From the NCBI GenBank assembly GCA_963845065.1, contig CAWJQQ010000008.1:192001-256000 (forward strand): a DNA stretch of 64,000 nt, written 5' to 3'. Of the stretch, positions 26,015 through 36,955 are shown piece by piece. A program made the position numbers and the translations under genes. This DNA comes from Nitrospirota bacterium (GTDB taxonomy: Bacteria > Nitrospirota > UBA9217). Every line of letters begins with the position of its first letter. Position 1 is the stretch's first letter. A model generated the notes under the pieces. It was given only the letters and a program-made list of their open reading frames with translations. It searched no databases and was not told where the DNA came from.

Positions 26015-27487
26015 TTGGGGAAAAGTAAATTTATCATAGTCCTGGGTTTAGTGCTCGTAAGCTTCTGTCTGCTGGTGCTCGGCGTTTGCCTATTAACGGT
26101 TGCAGACGACGGATCCAAACTACGTAATATGGTAGCCGTTCTTCTGTTCATCTTATCGCCTTTTCCTTCCGTCATCGCGTCTCTTGTGATCAAGAACCTC
26201 AACGCTTTAGCCAGACAGGTGAAACAGTATGAGACGCACGACCCCTTGACTTTCTTGTATAACCAAAAAACCTTTCGAAATTTGCTCGGATATGAAATCG
26301 AGCGGGCAAAGAGACATAAATATAGCTTCTCAATCATGCTCGTCGATCTTGACGATTTCAAGAACATCAACGATGTCCACGGCCACGAAACTGGGGATTC
26401 TTATCTCCGTGAGTTCTCTACGCTGCTGAAGACAGCCATCCGTAAGGGCGATGTTGCAGCCAGATTCAGCGGTGACAATTTTGCCGCCCTCCTCCCGGTT
26501 TGCGACGAGGCCCAGGCATATATCGTGGCCAAGCGACTCAACGAGAGCACCAAGGAGAATACGTACCACCTTCCAGATGGTGCGCTGGCCAGCGTTACCC
26601 TTTCAATCGGCCTAGCTGTTTATCCGGACCACGCACAGGACGCGCCGTCTCTTTTTCAAGTTGCTGATTCCATGCTGCGCCAAGCCAAAGTTTTCGGCAA
26701 AGACCGGATAGGCATCCCCAGCGACGATCTGGATATTGATTGGCTTAAGAGTGCGGGCCAGAAGAGTGTTTTTATCTTGGAGTCGATAAGGCAGAAGCGT
26801 GTCGTTCCCTATTTCCAGCCCATCGTCGGCACTAAGAACCAGTTGGTCATGGCCTATGAGGTCTTGACGCGGATCGTCATGCCTGAACGAATCGTTGCAG
26901 CAGCCGAGTTTATAGAAGAGGCCGAAGGGATGGGGGCAATCGGGAAAATCGACTATTTGCTCATCGACCAAGCACTGGCCGCTGTGAAGCGGCATGAGTA
27001 TAAAGGCAAGCTCTTCTTCAACCTCTCTCCGAAGGCTCTGGTAATGAATGAATTCATGCCCACAATGCGTGGCTTCATGACCTACTACCAAGTTGAGCCC
27101 CAGCAGCTTGTCTTTGAGATTACTGAACGGGACACTGTAAAAAAATTGAGTCAGGTGGAGAAAATCATCCGCGGTCTGAAGGAAGACGGCTTTCAGCTTG
27201 CCATCGATGATTTCGGAGCTGGCTACTCATCATTCCAGTATATCAAATTGTTTAAAGTTGACTATTTGAAAATAGACGGTGAATTTATTAACAGCATGAG
27301 CGGAGAAAACAGCAAAATGGAAAAGGCAATCGTATCGAATATTGCCGCTCTTGCCGGAGAACTCGGAATAAAAACCATCGCCGAGTGCGTTGAATCCGCG
27401 TCCATCCTGGACCATGTCCGGTCTGCGGGCATTGATTTTGCCCAGGGATACTTCATCCGTCATCCTCTGCCCGATCTAAATTCGTAG
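26015..27487 (+). CDS. Membrane-anchored GGDEF-EAL protein (degenerate SGDNF; intact EAL motifs)
   Basis: Two TM segments, DLDDFKNIND, RFSGDNF, YEVLTR, FEITE, DDFGAGYSS. Confidence 0.92.
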   Translation: MGKSKFIIVLGLVLVSFCLLVLGVCLLTVADDGSKLRNMVAVLLFILSPFPSVIASLVIKNLNALARQVKQYETHDPLTFLYNQKTFRNLLGYEIERAKRHKYSFSIMLVDLDDFKNINDVHGHETGDSYLREFSTLLKTAIRKGDVAARFSGDNFAALLPVCDEAQAYIVAKRLNESTKENTYHLPDGALASVTLSIGLAVYPDHAQDAPSLFQVADSMLRQAKVFGKDRIGIPSDDLDIDWLKSAGQKSVFILESIRQKRVVPYFQPIVGTKNQLVMAYEVLTRIVMPERIVAAAEFIEEAEGMGAIGKIDYLLIDQALAAVKRHEYKGKLFFNLSPKALVMNEFMPTMRGFMTYYQVEPQQLVFEITERDTVKKLSQVEKIIRGLKEDGFQLAIDDFGAGYSSFQYIKLFKVDYLKIDGEFINSMSGENSKMEKAIVSNIAALAGELGIKTIAECVESASILDHVRSAGIDFAQGYFIRHPLPDLNS

Positions 27488-27654
27488 ATAGACAGGCAAC
27501 CCCCTTTCTCCATGTCCATTTCTTTCCTTAGAACTCACATCAATATGAGCTTTTAGTTATATGCTGCAAAATAGTGCTAAAATATAAATATATTTTTAAG
27601 CAAAGAAATGCAGGTTTGTGAACGCATTCGAATTCAGAAAGGAGAAGTGCCGGC

Positions 27655-28122
27655 ATGTTAAAAAATAGGATTACCAATCTGACCATATTAATTGCACTGT
27701 CAGCGCTGATCGCAAGCGGATGTTGTCGGACGCCTGAAAAAAGGGCGGAACATTATGTACAGCACATGGCGGAAGAGCTTAAGCTGGACGATGCCCAGAA
27801 GGCGAAGCTGGAGAAGATCAAGGATGAATTCCTTGCCTTACGGCCCTGGATGGCCAAAATGAGGGAAGCAACATTGAAAGAAGCTGGCGAACTTATGCGA
27901 AGCACAGAAATCGACAAGGCGAAGCTGGAAGGCTTGAAGGCGAAAAACCAAGCTCAGGCAGACGATATAATCCGATTCTTTAGTGCGAGATTAATTGAAA
28001 TCCATGATATGCTCACACCGGAGCAGCGCGATAAACTGGCAACGATGATGGAGAAACATATGGGTGCGAAACAAGTGGAAAAGAAGCCCGAGACTGGCGG
28101 AGGATCGAGTTCCGGATATTAA
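27655..28122 (+). CDS. Spy/CpxP (LTXXQ) family periplasmic lipoprotein
   Basis: IASGC lipobox, LKLDDAQK and LTPEQR motifs. Confidence 0.85.
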   Translation: MLKNRITNLTILIALSALIASGCCRTPEKRAEHYVQHMAEELKLDDAQKAKLEKIKDEFLALRPWMAKMREATLKEAGELMRSTEIDKAKLEGLKAKNQAQADDIIRFFSARLIEIHDMLTPEQRDKLATMMEKHMGAKQVEKKPETGGGSSSGY

Positions 28123-28587
28123 GCTTAGTATATTTGATCTTTGAGATTCGAGGAAAGGCGGGAGAATGATTCAATTTACCCCGATCTTTTTTACGGCATA
28201 CCGCGTGGATGGAAACGCAGAACCTTAACTTTATCTGCTATCATAAATCGCGATGTACACTATGGGGGGAAATGCCAGCATGCTGATTGCGATGTATACT
28301 CCTTACCCTCGGCCGCCAGAGTGCTGTATGAACCCATTCTCATTTATGGCAGATGACTGCTTCGTTCTCTCGAACGTCGGACGAGCCCTTCTTCGAGGCC
28401 GGGGAAGATGTCAAGTGTATCGGCATTTGTTCCCCCTTGAACGGACACGAATGCGGCGCATTCTGTATATAATGAAGCGACCGGCAAATGCCAAATTCTT
28501 TTAACGGTCGATTGATGAATTACTTGGAACGGGCTATGATGAGTTCATCATCATACCAGTACTATTCAGCGGAATGAGGAGGTCTCT

Positions 28588-29139
28588 ATGCCGAGAGTAG
28601 TGGTCATACTTGCGGATGGTTTTGAAGAGGTTGAAGCTATTGCCATTATCGACGTGCTGCGGAGGGCCGAGATCCATACAGTCATTGCCGGGTTGCATGA
28701 TAACCAAGTTATAAGTGCTCGGAACGTGAAGGTCATACCTGACACGGTCATCGACACCATCAAAGCCGATGACTTCGACATGATCGTACTACCAGGCGGA
28801 CAGCCGGGTTCAGACAACCTGAACGCAGACCCTCGGGTGAAAGAGTTGATCAGAAGCTTTTCAGAGAAAGGTAAGTTCATGGGCGCCATCTGTGCCGCTC
28901 CCTACGTTCTTGCGAATGCGGGCGTGCTTACGGGAAAGCGCGCTACCTCCTATCCGTCATACAAGGACAAGCTGGGCAATGTACGGTACGAAGAAAAATC
29001 TGTCGTAGTCGACGGGAAAGTGCTGACTAGCAGGGGTGCGGGAACAGCGCTTGCCTTCGGCCTCGCCATTGTCGAAAAGCTCATCAGCAAGGATAAAGCC
29101 CTAAAGATCAAAGACTCGATGCTAGTTATCAGTGACTGA
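28588..29139 (+). CDS. DJ-1/PfpI family protein (YajL/ThiJ-like)
   Basis: GFEEVE, VLPGG, AICAAP, TSRGAGTA. Confidence 0.93.
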   Translation: MPRVVVILADGFEEVEAIAIIDVLRRAEIHTVIAGLHDNQVISARNVKVIPDTVIDTIKADDFDMIVLPGGQPGSDNLNADPRVKELIRSFSEKGKFMGAICAAPYVLANAGVLTGKRATSYPSYKDKLGNVRYEEKSVVVDGKVLTSRGAGTALAFGLAIVEKLISKDKALKIKDSMLVISD

Positions 29140-29279
29140 GAGCATGACAGCTGCCGCGGAACCTGTTAAGCGGCGACAGGGCAGGTTTTTCATTATTCAT
29201 CTATTTATTTCGGGAGACGTGATACAATAATCTAACCATGACGCTCAAGGGTTTTTTCACACTTGTAGGGTGCCCATTG

Positions 29280-29516
29280 ATGATGAATGTCATGTCCGGG
29301 AGGATAAAAGACATGAACACTGAAAAATAAAAAATATCCGTCCAGATGAAAGGCCTGTCAAAGGAAATGATGAACCTGCCCAACATAATTGTCAGCGGGA
29401 AGATGACGGACGGGGAAATTGAGAAGATACACGACAGGAGGACGTAAATACAAAAAATGATATCGGACAAGATGATGAAAAAAAACCGTCGCGTTGTCAC
29501 TTCCGCGCATAGGTAG
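29280..29516 (+). pseudogene. Possible remnant of Met-rich helical protein
   Basis: One frame reads MMNVMSGRIKDMNTEK*KISVQMKGLSKEMMNL...GKMTDGEIEKIHDRRT*IQKMISDKMMKK with two in-frame TAA. Confidence 0.4.
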
Positions 29517-29584
29517 GTTTCTATTGTGTTTGCGAGCACAATGTTGTCTTTATATCAGCGTGTATCAGCCTGCAGGAGGGTGAG

Positions 29585-29749
29585 ATGGAATTCTGCGACC
29601 TTGATTGCAAATATGCCAAGTTCCCACAGTCCGATGCCGTTGACGGGTCGCGAAGCTGCAGGACATTCGTCGCTCTCCAATGCACGCTTAGAAAGAAACT
29701 CGTGCACAAGAACCTGCCTTGTAAGGACAAAGTAATCAGAAAATGGTAG
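29585..29749 (+). CDS. Small Cys-rich protein (54 aa), below ORF-track cutoff
   Basis: GGAGGG RBS then MEFCDLDCKYAKFPQSDAVDGSRSCRTFVALQCTLRKKLVHKNLPCKDKVIRKW. Confidence 0.7.
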   Translation: MEFCDLDCKYAKFPQSDAVDGSRSCRTFVALQCTLRKKLVHKNLPCKDKVIRKW

Positions 29750-29834
29750 CCGCAGTTCGCGGTTATTTTTTACGATTTTCCTCCCTAAAAATTTGATACA
29801 ATAAAGCCATATAACAAGCTCAGGCAGGTGATGC

Positions 29835-30540
29835 ATGCTTACCGCTTTGATCTTCGAGATATGAACGCGAATGTCGAGGCGCTCCAAGCCGTGCTTGAAC
29901 GGATCAAGGTGCTCGAGGTTGAAGCAATCATGCGCGCCTCGGAGATATCGTGGGATACAATACTAATTCCGATGAATGTATCGATATTTTCTGAAACGAA
30001 AACGTCACCTGTATCCTTGGTAACCATAATGCCAGCGCTGCGGATATGGAGGTAACTGAGGATTTTAATCGGCTTGCTCGGGTTGTCGTGTTGTAGACAC
30101 GAGAACAGCTGACAGAAGAGAACAGATGGTTCCTTGTGGCCATGCCCCGCGAACGGCGGGTCCGCAATTTTGCCCGGTTCCACGGCTTCGTTTATTAAAG
30201 CGACAGTTATATCTTCTTGTGCGAAGACGTCGTGATAACTTACGCCGCTTGGTCGGTTTTCATGGAGCTCTCAATATCGGGTTCTTCGGCCACACGCATC
30301 TGCGAGCGGCATTGAGCGAGTAAGGGGGCGTGGTTATACTTTTGCACGCGGACGGGGCGCTGGACCTCGAATCCTGTGAATAAGTACTTGATCGATCTCG
30401 GAAGCATGGGCCAGCTCAGCGACGCCAACACTGCGCCTCATTCCTGGTCTACGACGATCAATGCCACTGCGTCATTTTACATCGGGTCGCATACAACATC
30501 CATGCATGCCATGATAAGATCACAGGGCTGGTCTAGCTTG
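29835..30540 (+). pseudogene. Metallophosphoesterase (calcineurin-like) pseudogene
   Basis: Ordered motifs across frameshifts: ANVEALQAV, GDIVGYN, LGNH, FHG, FFGHTH, LIDLGSMGQ; boundaries approximate. Confidence 0.8.
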
Positions 30541-30593
30541 CCGAACTGCTTGATGGTGGATTGTAAACTACGATGGACGGCCAAGGAGGAACT

Positions 30594-31643
30594 ATGGAGA
30601 AGATTTCATTCGAGTCCGTTGAATCCTGCTTCACGATTCTGAACCCACAGCAAAATTTCACCGAGGAAACCCACAAAGTGGAAGTGCGCAAAGACCCGCT
30701 CCTCGGGGACGCGAGTGTGTATAACCCCTTTCTCCGTGACAAAGCAAAGGCATTCTTCGGAGACAATGATCCTGAGCTGGTGCGACGGCTCGTGGACGAA
30801 AGTGCCAAGACCTGCATCTTTTGTGGCGATCGTATTGAGAAAATCACGCCGAAATATCCGCCAACAATAGTTCCGGAAGGACGCATCAGGCGGGGCGAAG
30901 CGGTATTATTCCCGAACCTTTTTGCGATAGGGAAATATCATGCAGTAATAGCGCTCAGCGAATCCCACTTCCTTAAACTTTCAGAGTTTACGACCGAGAT
31001 CATCGGGGATGGTCTGACTGTGGTGCGTGACTTTATCAATGCAGTATACCGCAACGATGAATCAGTCCAGTTCGCAACGATCAATGCCAATTATCTTTTC
31101 CCAGGGGGCGCCAGCCTGGTCCATCCGCATTTGCAGGTCCTGCTGACACCGGTAGCCTATTCCTACCATGCTCGTATAATCGAAGCTTGCAGGTCTTATC
31201 ACAAACGGAATTTGACTACCTTCCATGTAGATTTGCTTGAAGAAGAAAAGAACCGCGGGATACGGTATGTCGCGCACCTCGGCAACTGGCATTGGATAAC
31301 CGCGTTCTCTCCCCTGGGAAGCAATGAAGTGACTGCCGTCCACGAGACCGTAAGCGATTTCACATACCTCACCGATGCTGACATCCGGGCCCTGGCAAAG
31401 GGTATCTCGAAGGTGCTGGCGTTCTATGAAAGCTTGGGCCACCTTAGTTATAATTATTCGCTCTACAGTGTTCGGCAGCCGCAGGCAGGCGAAGGTCATC
31501 GATGCGTACTGAAAATAGTCAACCGGCAAAACCTTTATCCGAATTATCGGAACGACGATTACTTTCTTCAAAAAATGCTTCAGACGGAGTTGATCATCAA
31601 CCTGCCGGAGGAACTGGCTGGTAAGCTAAGGGGATTTTATTAA
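30594..31643 (+). CDS. Galactose-1-phosphate uridylyltransferase-like (GalT/HIT) protein
   Basis: EVRKDPLLG, CIFC, FPNLF, GASLVHPHLQ. Confidence 0.85.
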   Translation: MEKISFESVESCFTILNPQQNFTEETHKVEVRKDPLLGDASVYNPFLRDKAKAFFGDNDPELVRRLVDESAKTCIFCGDRIEKITPKYPPTIVPEGRIRRGEAVLFPNLFAIGKYHAVIALSESHFLKLSEFTTEIIGDGLTVVRDFINAVYRNDESVQFATINANYLFPGGASLVHPHLQVLLTPVAYSYHARIIEACRSYHKRNLTTFHVDLLEEEKNRGIRYVAHLGNWHWITAFSPLGSNEVTAVHETVSDFTYLTDADIRALAKGISKVLAFYESLGHLSYNYSLYSVRQPQAGEGHRCVLKIVNRQNLYPNYRNDDYFLQKMLQTELIINLPEELAGKLRGFY

Positions 31644-31710
31644 GAGATGAGGTTCTTTTAAAAAAGTTTAAATGCGCACAGGAAAGACAATTTCTGGAAA
31701 AGGAGATTAG

Positions 31711-32928
31711 ATGGAACAACAGGTAGTGATCGTCGGCGGCGGCTTTGGAGGACTTGAGGCCGCTTTTTTACTGAAGGAACTTTTGGGACATTCGGGCATG
31801 ATAACGCTCGTGGACAGAAACGCCTTTCATTACTTCATTCCGTCAATCCACGAAATTGTATCGGGCAAGTCGAGTGTTGAGAGCATCCGGATCCCATTTG
31901 CCGCCATGCTCGGCCCCGCAGGCATCCGGTTCATTCAGGACGAAGTGCTTTCACTGAATAAGGCGAACAAAGAGGTCATCTGTCGAGACAGGACACTGCA
32001 GTATGGTTATCTGATCCTGAGTACGGGAGCGGAAAATAACTATTTCGGTATCCCCGGCGCAGAAGAGTTTTCCTTCTGTTTTCGCAAGCCTGTTGACGCG
32101 GAGCGTATTAAGGCGGAAGTCGAGCATCTGCTCGAAGATCCCATCGCCACCTGCCACATTGTCCTCGCTGGAGGGGGCACGGAGGGCGTTCAAGCGGCGG
32201 GAGAGCTACTTGATCTTATCAAGGGGCAGAGCAGGGAAAACGATATAAAAAGAGGTACGATCTCGATTGATCTTATCGAGGGGAAAGAGCGCCTGCTGAC
32301 AGGTTTTTCGCCAAAAGCACAGGAGTTTGCTGAGCAATATCTGCGTGCGCGGGGAGCGAACGTCGTGACCGGAAATCCAATCATTGAAGTCCAGAAAAAC
32401 AGTGTCGTGCTCGAGCGTGGAGGGCATCGTGCAGCATCAATTCTCGTCTGGACGGGCGGTATCCAGCCGGCGAAAATAATTCTAGACCTACCCCTCCAGA
32501 AGGACACGCGAGGATGGCTCAAGGTCACGGACCGTCTTCATTCGCCCGATGACGATCGGATCTTCGGCATTGGAGACGCCGTTAGTGTCTACAACGAAGA
32601 TGGACCGCTATCGCTGCAGCGGCTCGCTTACCATGCGCAGAACCAGGCACGCATAGTTGCACTGAATATAGATAATCATATGCATGGCCGGGACCTTGTA
32701 GTATATACACCGAAAAGCAGACCGCAGCTCATTTCCATCGGCAAGGATATGGGGATTTTTTCACAAGGGGACAGGGTTCTTACTGGAACGTGGGTAGTAG
32801 CAATTAAAAAAGCCGTGGAGCGGAAGCACATCATGAGCTGCCTGACCCGGCCCCTTATTTCTTCAATGCAGGCTCGAATCCCGGGAGCAGGCTTTGTCCA
32901 GAGATTAAGAATGCGTTTGCCATTCTGA
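31711..32928 (+). CDS. NAD(P)/FAD-dependent oxidoreductase (NDH-2-like)
   Basis: VGGGFGG, FGIPGA, GGGTEG, IFGIGD. Confidence 0.88.
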   Translation: MEQQVVIVGGGFGGLEAAFLLKELLGHSGMITLVDRNAFHYFIPSIHEIVSGKSSVESIRIPFAAMLGPAGIRFIQDEVLSLNKANKEVICRDRTLQYGYLILSTGAENNYFGIPGAEEFSFCFRKPVDAERIKAEVEHLLEDPIATCHIVLAGGGTEGVQAAGELLDLIKGQSRENDIKRGTISIDLIEGKERLLTGFSPKAQEFAEQYLRARGANVVTGNPIIEVQKNSVVLERGGHRAASILVWTGGIQPAKIILDLPLQKDTRGWLKVTDRLHSPDDDRIFGIGDAVSVYNEDGPLSLQRLAYHAQNQARIVALNIDNHMHGRDLVVYTPKSRPQLISIGKDMGIFSQGDRVLTGTWVVAIKKAVERKHIMSCLTRPLISSMQARIPGAGFVQRLRMRLPF

Positions 32929-32946
32929 TATTCAGAATACTTCCGC

Positions 32947-33970
32947 GTGAATGCTCCCGCAACCAAAGATAATACTAACTTATTGGTTGGGGCTTCCAAC
33001 GAGGAGGTTCTTTGAGGATAGCAAGTCCTTTGGAAGATGCAGTGTCACTTGCTGCACCAGGTTGGGGCGCAGCTAAAGGTAATTACCAACAGTGTCCGCA
33101 GCATGCTCGTCAGCATGTTCCTTGACGTTGCAGCGTGGACAACAAAATATTTACCTTTGTCGCCTATAAGCGTCGACCAGAGAATGGACCGTGCAGGCAG
33201 TGGATGTGTAATAGCTCGGAACGATCAGTTCTGGGATACCATCCCATCGTAATTTATCCGATGCCCTGCGAAGATACTGCCCCTTCGATCCATTACCAAT
33301 CATCTTGTTGAATGTCCGGCCTTTGTAACCGGACGAGCTTTTTTCTTTTGTCAGGACGGTCAAATCTTCCCGCACTATGAGCTGCATGATATGCTTTGGC
33401 AAGCGCGGCTTCTTGATTAGAGAGAAACCCCAACCAAGATCTTTTGACGCCGGCGATTTTCTTATAGAGTGACAGGCGAAGTCGCTTCATCCCAAGTACC
33501 TGCTGAAGCAGCCGAAAGAACTCGTCGTAGATATGCTGGATGTTAGGATCTTCGAATACTGTCCATCATAAAGGTGATCTTGTTCGTCCAGTCCAAGATA
33601 GCTGCAGATGATGCTTTTAGCTTTTCCAAGCGGTTGTAGCCGGTGTCTATCTGAGATTTAAGTCGGTCTATTTTATCACAGGAAGCGGCAATGTTTTTCA
33701 GGAAGTTTTTGCCGCCGAAACGGACCCGCTTTACAATATTATAATTTGGATGGCCGTAGTTTTCTAAATATTTTAAGGCGTCTTCTTTTGTAAATTTGAC
33801 AATCCCTGCTAATTTCTTCGGATCGATTGGATCGTTCAGTTTCACTATTGAAAGGCTGATGGTGTTGGGGAAATTTAAAGCCAACCAATTCAATCCAAAA
33901 CCAATACGTCATTTGGATGGGGTGTTCTTGTAAGAGTGGAAAAAGAGAGTCGGACACGCGCGGGCGTGTC
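32947..33970 (-). mobile_element. Relic of IS200/IS605-type element: truncated, frameshifted atypical TnpB/Cas12-like gene plus right end
   Basis: IVREDL (RuvC-II), VPSYYTSTACTVH, CPRC, HADEHAA (RuvC-III); right end GAAG-CCCCAACCAA..TTGGTTGCGGG-AGCAT-TCAC at 32996-32947. Confidence 0.78.
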
Positions 33971-34005
33971 AAAGACGGGGGATCAGCGAGAGTGGCTGAT
34001 TCGGC

Positions 34006-36648
34006 TTAATTGTCCAGCGATTCTCGGACCCTCTTTAAAAACTCCGTCGGTGAAATTGGCTTTACTATAATTCTTAAGTCCTGATTGGCGATGTTCTTTT
34101 CCTCAAAAATGTCTGCTGCATATCCGCTCATGAAAAGGACTTTGATGTCCGGACGGAATTTCCTAATTTCTTCATACGCGTCCTTCCCGTTCATTTTTGG
34201 CATGATCACATCAAAAATAAGTAGACGAATCTGGCCTTCATTCTCAATAAATTTTGCTAATGCCTGTTCGCCGTCAGATGCACCTATAACTGTGTATCCT
34301 GATTCGGCAAGAACGGTCGTGGTCAAATTTCTAACCGATTCATCATCCTCAGCAACCAGCACCGTTTCAGTACCTCCGAGGGCATCAGCAGTCTTTACTG
34401 ACGCGGTTTCTTTCACGGATGACTGAACCAAAGGAAAATATATTTCGAAGGTCGTACCGATCCCCGGTGCGCTCGATACTGTAATATAACCATCGTGTTG
34501 TTTAACGATTCCATATACCATGGAAAGACCTAGCCCCGTGCCTTTCCCCATTTCTTTTGTAGTAAAAAAAGGCTCGAATATTCTCGCCTGAATCATTCCA
34601 TCCATACCTGCCCCGCTGTCCGAAACAATTATTAGCGCGAAATTTCCGAGGCTGCCGTAACCGTGACTATCAATGAATTTCTGGTCGAGCTCGACACGTT
34701 TCGTTTTTATGGTTAATGTCCCGCCTTCACTCATTGCGTCTCGTGCGTTCGTGGCGAGGTTCATCAATACTTGTTCGAGTTGTCCCGCATCCGCCAGGAT
34801 CATTAAATCACGTTCTTCGAGATCCATTCTGAATTCGATATCTTCACCAATGAGCCTGGCAAGAAGCTTGCCGATACCAACAATAATATCGTTCACATTC
34901 ACCGGTTGGGGATTGATGATTTGTTTCCTGCTGAATGCGAGGAGGCTGTGGGTGAGATTGGCGGCGCGTTCAGAGGAGGAAAGAATTTGGTTGATATAGT
35001 TGTTAGCTGGATCATTGGCAGCGAGTTTAATCTTCACGAGGTTACCATAACCGATTATTGCAGTGAGGATGTTGTTGAAGTCATGTGCGACGCCTCCCGC
35101 CAATAGACCGACTGCTTCCATCTTATGGGACTGGCGGAACTGCTCCTCGAGTATTTTGCGTTCCGTGATGTCATATGCGGTTCCCAGCGCCGCGGGTCTC
35201 CCCTCGAATTCTATTGTGGCCGCGGTGAAATCCACCCAGCGTTCTTCCCCTGCTTTCGTGACAATTTTGCATTCATACCGGGAGGAATTTTTGTCAGACC
35301 GCCACAGTGCAGTGCTGCGCTCGTTCACCATCTGACGATATCCGGGGTGCACCAAGTGCAAAAGGTTCAAATGCAAAAGCTCGGTCGGCGAGTAGCCGGT
35401 CATCTTTTCGGCCGTGGCGTTGAAGTAGCGTAATGTGGTCCCTTGATAAATGATGATGGCAGCTGCCACGGTCTCTGTCAGCATCCTGAACTTTTTTTCT
35501 CCCTCACGAAGTAATGTTTCCACTCGCTTGTGTTCGGTCAGAAGTTGTGCATTTTCCATGGCTACGGCAGCGCCTGCAGCCAGTCCTTCCAGTACTTCTA
35601 CATGGTGCTCAGTGAAGGGCTTTCGGTCAGCCATGTCGTGTACAATGAAACAGCCGAGCAGGTTCCCGTGCCGGCTGAAGATCGGTACTCCGGCAAAATT
35701 GTAAAACCCCAACTTTTCACGAATAGCAGGCGTCGTGACCATGTCGTGCTGCGCATCGTTCGAAATATAGGGTTTACCTGTCTGTATGATCCAGCCGGGG
35801 ACTCCCGAGCCGGATGCGTATGAGTATTCGAAGGGAATAAGTTTGCCTCGCTGGTTATATTCCCGGAATACCATTTTCCCGTTGTGCATGATGCCTGCGA
35901 ATCCCGATGTCGCACCCGTCAATGCGAGAGCTGTTTCTATTAGGGTCCGCATAACCACCGGCGTTTCGAGGACCGTATTGATCTGCCTTATGCTGCTCAG
36001 AAGAAGTTCGAGCTGGCGGCTGCGCCATGAGAGGATTTCATCCTTTTGCCGGTGTTCGCTCACATCGCGCGTAATCGCAAGGAACCGTCCATTCTTCAGC
36101 ATCTTGCCGCTGATCTCGGCAGAGAAAACGGTCCCATCCTTACGGCGAAGCATCCGCTCGCTCAAAATGGTCTTGCCGGCAATCATTTCTCCGAAGGGAA
36201 TGGGCGTGGCGGTGATATCCTCTGGCGTGAAAGCGTCCCGAACATTCATCTGCAGGAGTTCTCTTTCTGTGTAACCCAGCATTTTGCATTCCTGCTCATT
36301 AACAGTATGGTGGATACCCTGCTGATCGAAAATGATGATACCGTCCGAAGCCTGTTCCAAAAGTTCCCGGTATTGATTTTCACTCGCGAGATGCGTTTTC
36401 TCGAAGTGACGAATCAGGAGAAAGAGAATGTACGCTGTAACAGCTACGTAAGCCCAGCCCTTTATGATCGCGATATGAGTGATAGTGGTAGGATCGTGGA
36501 TTATTGAGTTGATAAATGAATCGGACAGGAATATCCACAGCCCGCCGACTACAGCGTAGAGAAGTGCGATTTTGAGTGGGGTAAGTTTCAAATGAAATGC
36601 GGTCCAAGTTTTTTGAATATCGGCGGTTTTTGACATTTTATCAAGCAT
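34006..36648 (-). CDS. Hybrid sensor histidine kinase (TM-PAS-GAF-PAS-HisKA-HATPase-REC)
   Basis: [42 protein letters not shown]. Confidence 0.95.
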   Translation of the reverse strand: MLDKMSKTADIQKTWTAFHLKLTPLKIALLYAVVGGLWIFLSDSFINSIIHDPTTITHIAIIKGWAYVAVTAYILFLLIRHFEKTHLASENQYRELLEQASDGIIIFDQQGIHHTVNEQECKMLGYTERELLQMNVRDAFTPEDITATPIPFGEMIAGKTILSERMLRRKDGTVFSAEISGKMLKNGRFLAITRDVSEHRQKDEILSWRSRQLELLLSSIRQINTVLETPVVMRTLIETALALTGATSGFAGIMHNGKMVFREYNQRGKLIPFEYSYASGSGVPGWIIQTGKPYISNDAQHDMVTTPAIREKLGFYNFAGVPIFSRHGNLLGCFIVHDMADRKPFTEHHVEVLEGLAAGAAVAMENAQLLTEHKRVETLLREGEKKFRMLTETVAAAIIIYQGTTLRYFNATAEKMTGYSPTELLHLNLLHLVHPGYRQMVNERSTALWRSDKNSSRYECKIVTKAGEERWVDFTAATIEFEGRPAALGTAYDITERKILEEQFRQSHKMEAVGLLAGGVAHDFNNILTAIIGYGNLVKIKLAANDPANNYINQILSSSERAANLTHSLLAFSRKQIINPQPVNVNDIIVGIGKLLARLIGEDIEFRMDLEERDLMILADAGQLEQVLMNLATNARDAMSEGGTLTIKTKRVELDQKFIDSHGYGSLGNFALIIVSDSGAGMDGMIQARIFEPFFTTKEMGKGTGLGLSMVYGIVKQHDGYITVSSAPGIGTTFEIYFPLVQSSVKETASVKTADALGGTETVLVAEDDESVRNLTTTVLAESGYTVIGASDGEQALAKFIENEGQIRLLIFDVIMPKMNGKDAYEEIRKFRPDIKVLFMSGYAADIFEEKNIANQDLRIIVKPISPTEFLKRVRESLDN

Positions 36649-36955
36649 TATCTGCTAGAGAAAATCTTTTTCCAAGAAATGTGACTTTTGTATGATTGTC
36701 TTAATCCCAAGAATGTACAAGAATGTACATTATGTTGCTTATTATAACTCAATTAGAAAAGAATAACAGGGAATTTTAATGAGAGTGGATAAAAAAGCTC
36801 CTCCTGTTTAGTAATAGCAGAACAAAGGGGACTTAGCCGGAGCGATATTACGAGAAGTGATGGATAAACAGAAACTTGATAATTGCAGTAGCAAAGGGTT
36901 TGCTACGGTTTCGCTGATAGTTTTTTCCCCCTTTTCACATGAAAATACCCTTTAT

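Noticed and set aside
28123..28560. Short ORFs on both strands between Spy/CpxP and DJ-1 genes
   Set aside because: No family motif; possible decayed gene but not identifiable
29328..29447. Stop-codon recoding (Sec/Pyl) in interrupted ORFs
   Set aside because: Interruptions here are TAA, and elsewhere are mixed stops plus frameshifts, consistent with decay rather than recoding
32900..34005. Possible CRISPR array beside the Cas12-like relic
   Set aside because: No repeat-spacer periodicity visible; the flanking structure is better explained as an IS200/IS605 right end
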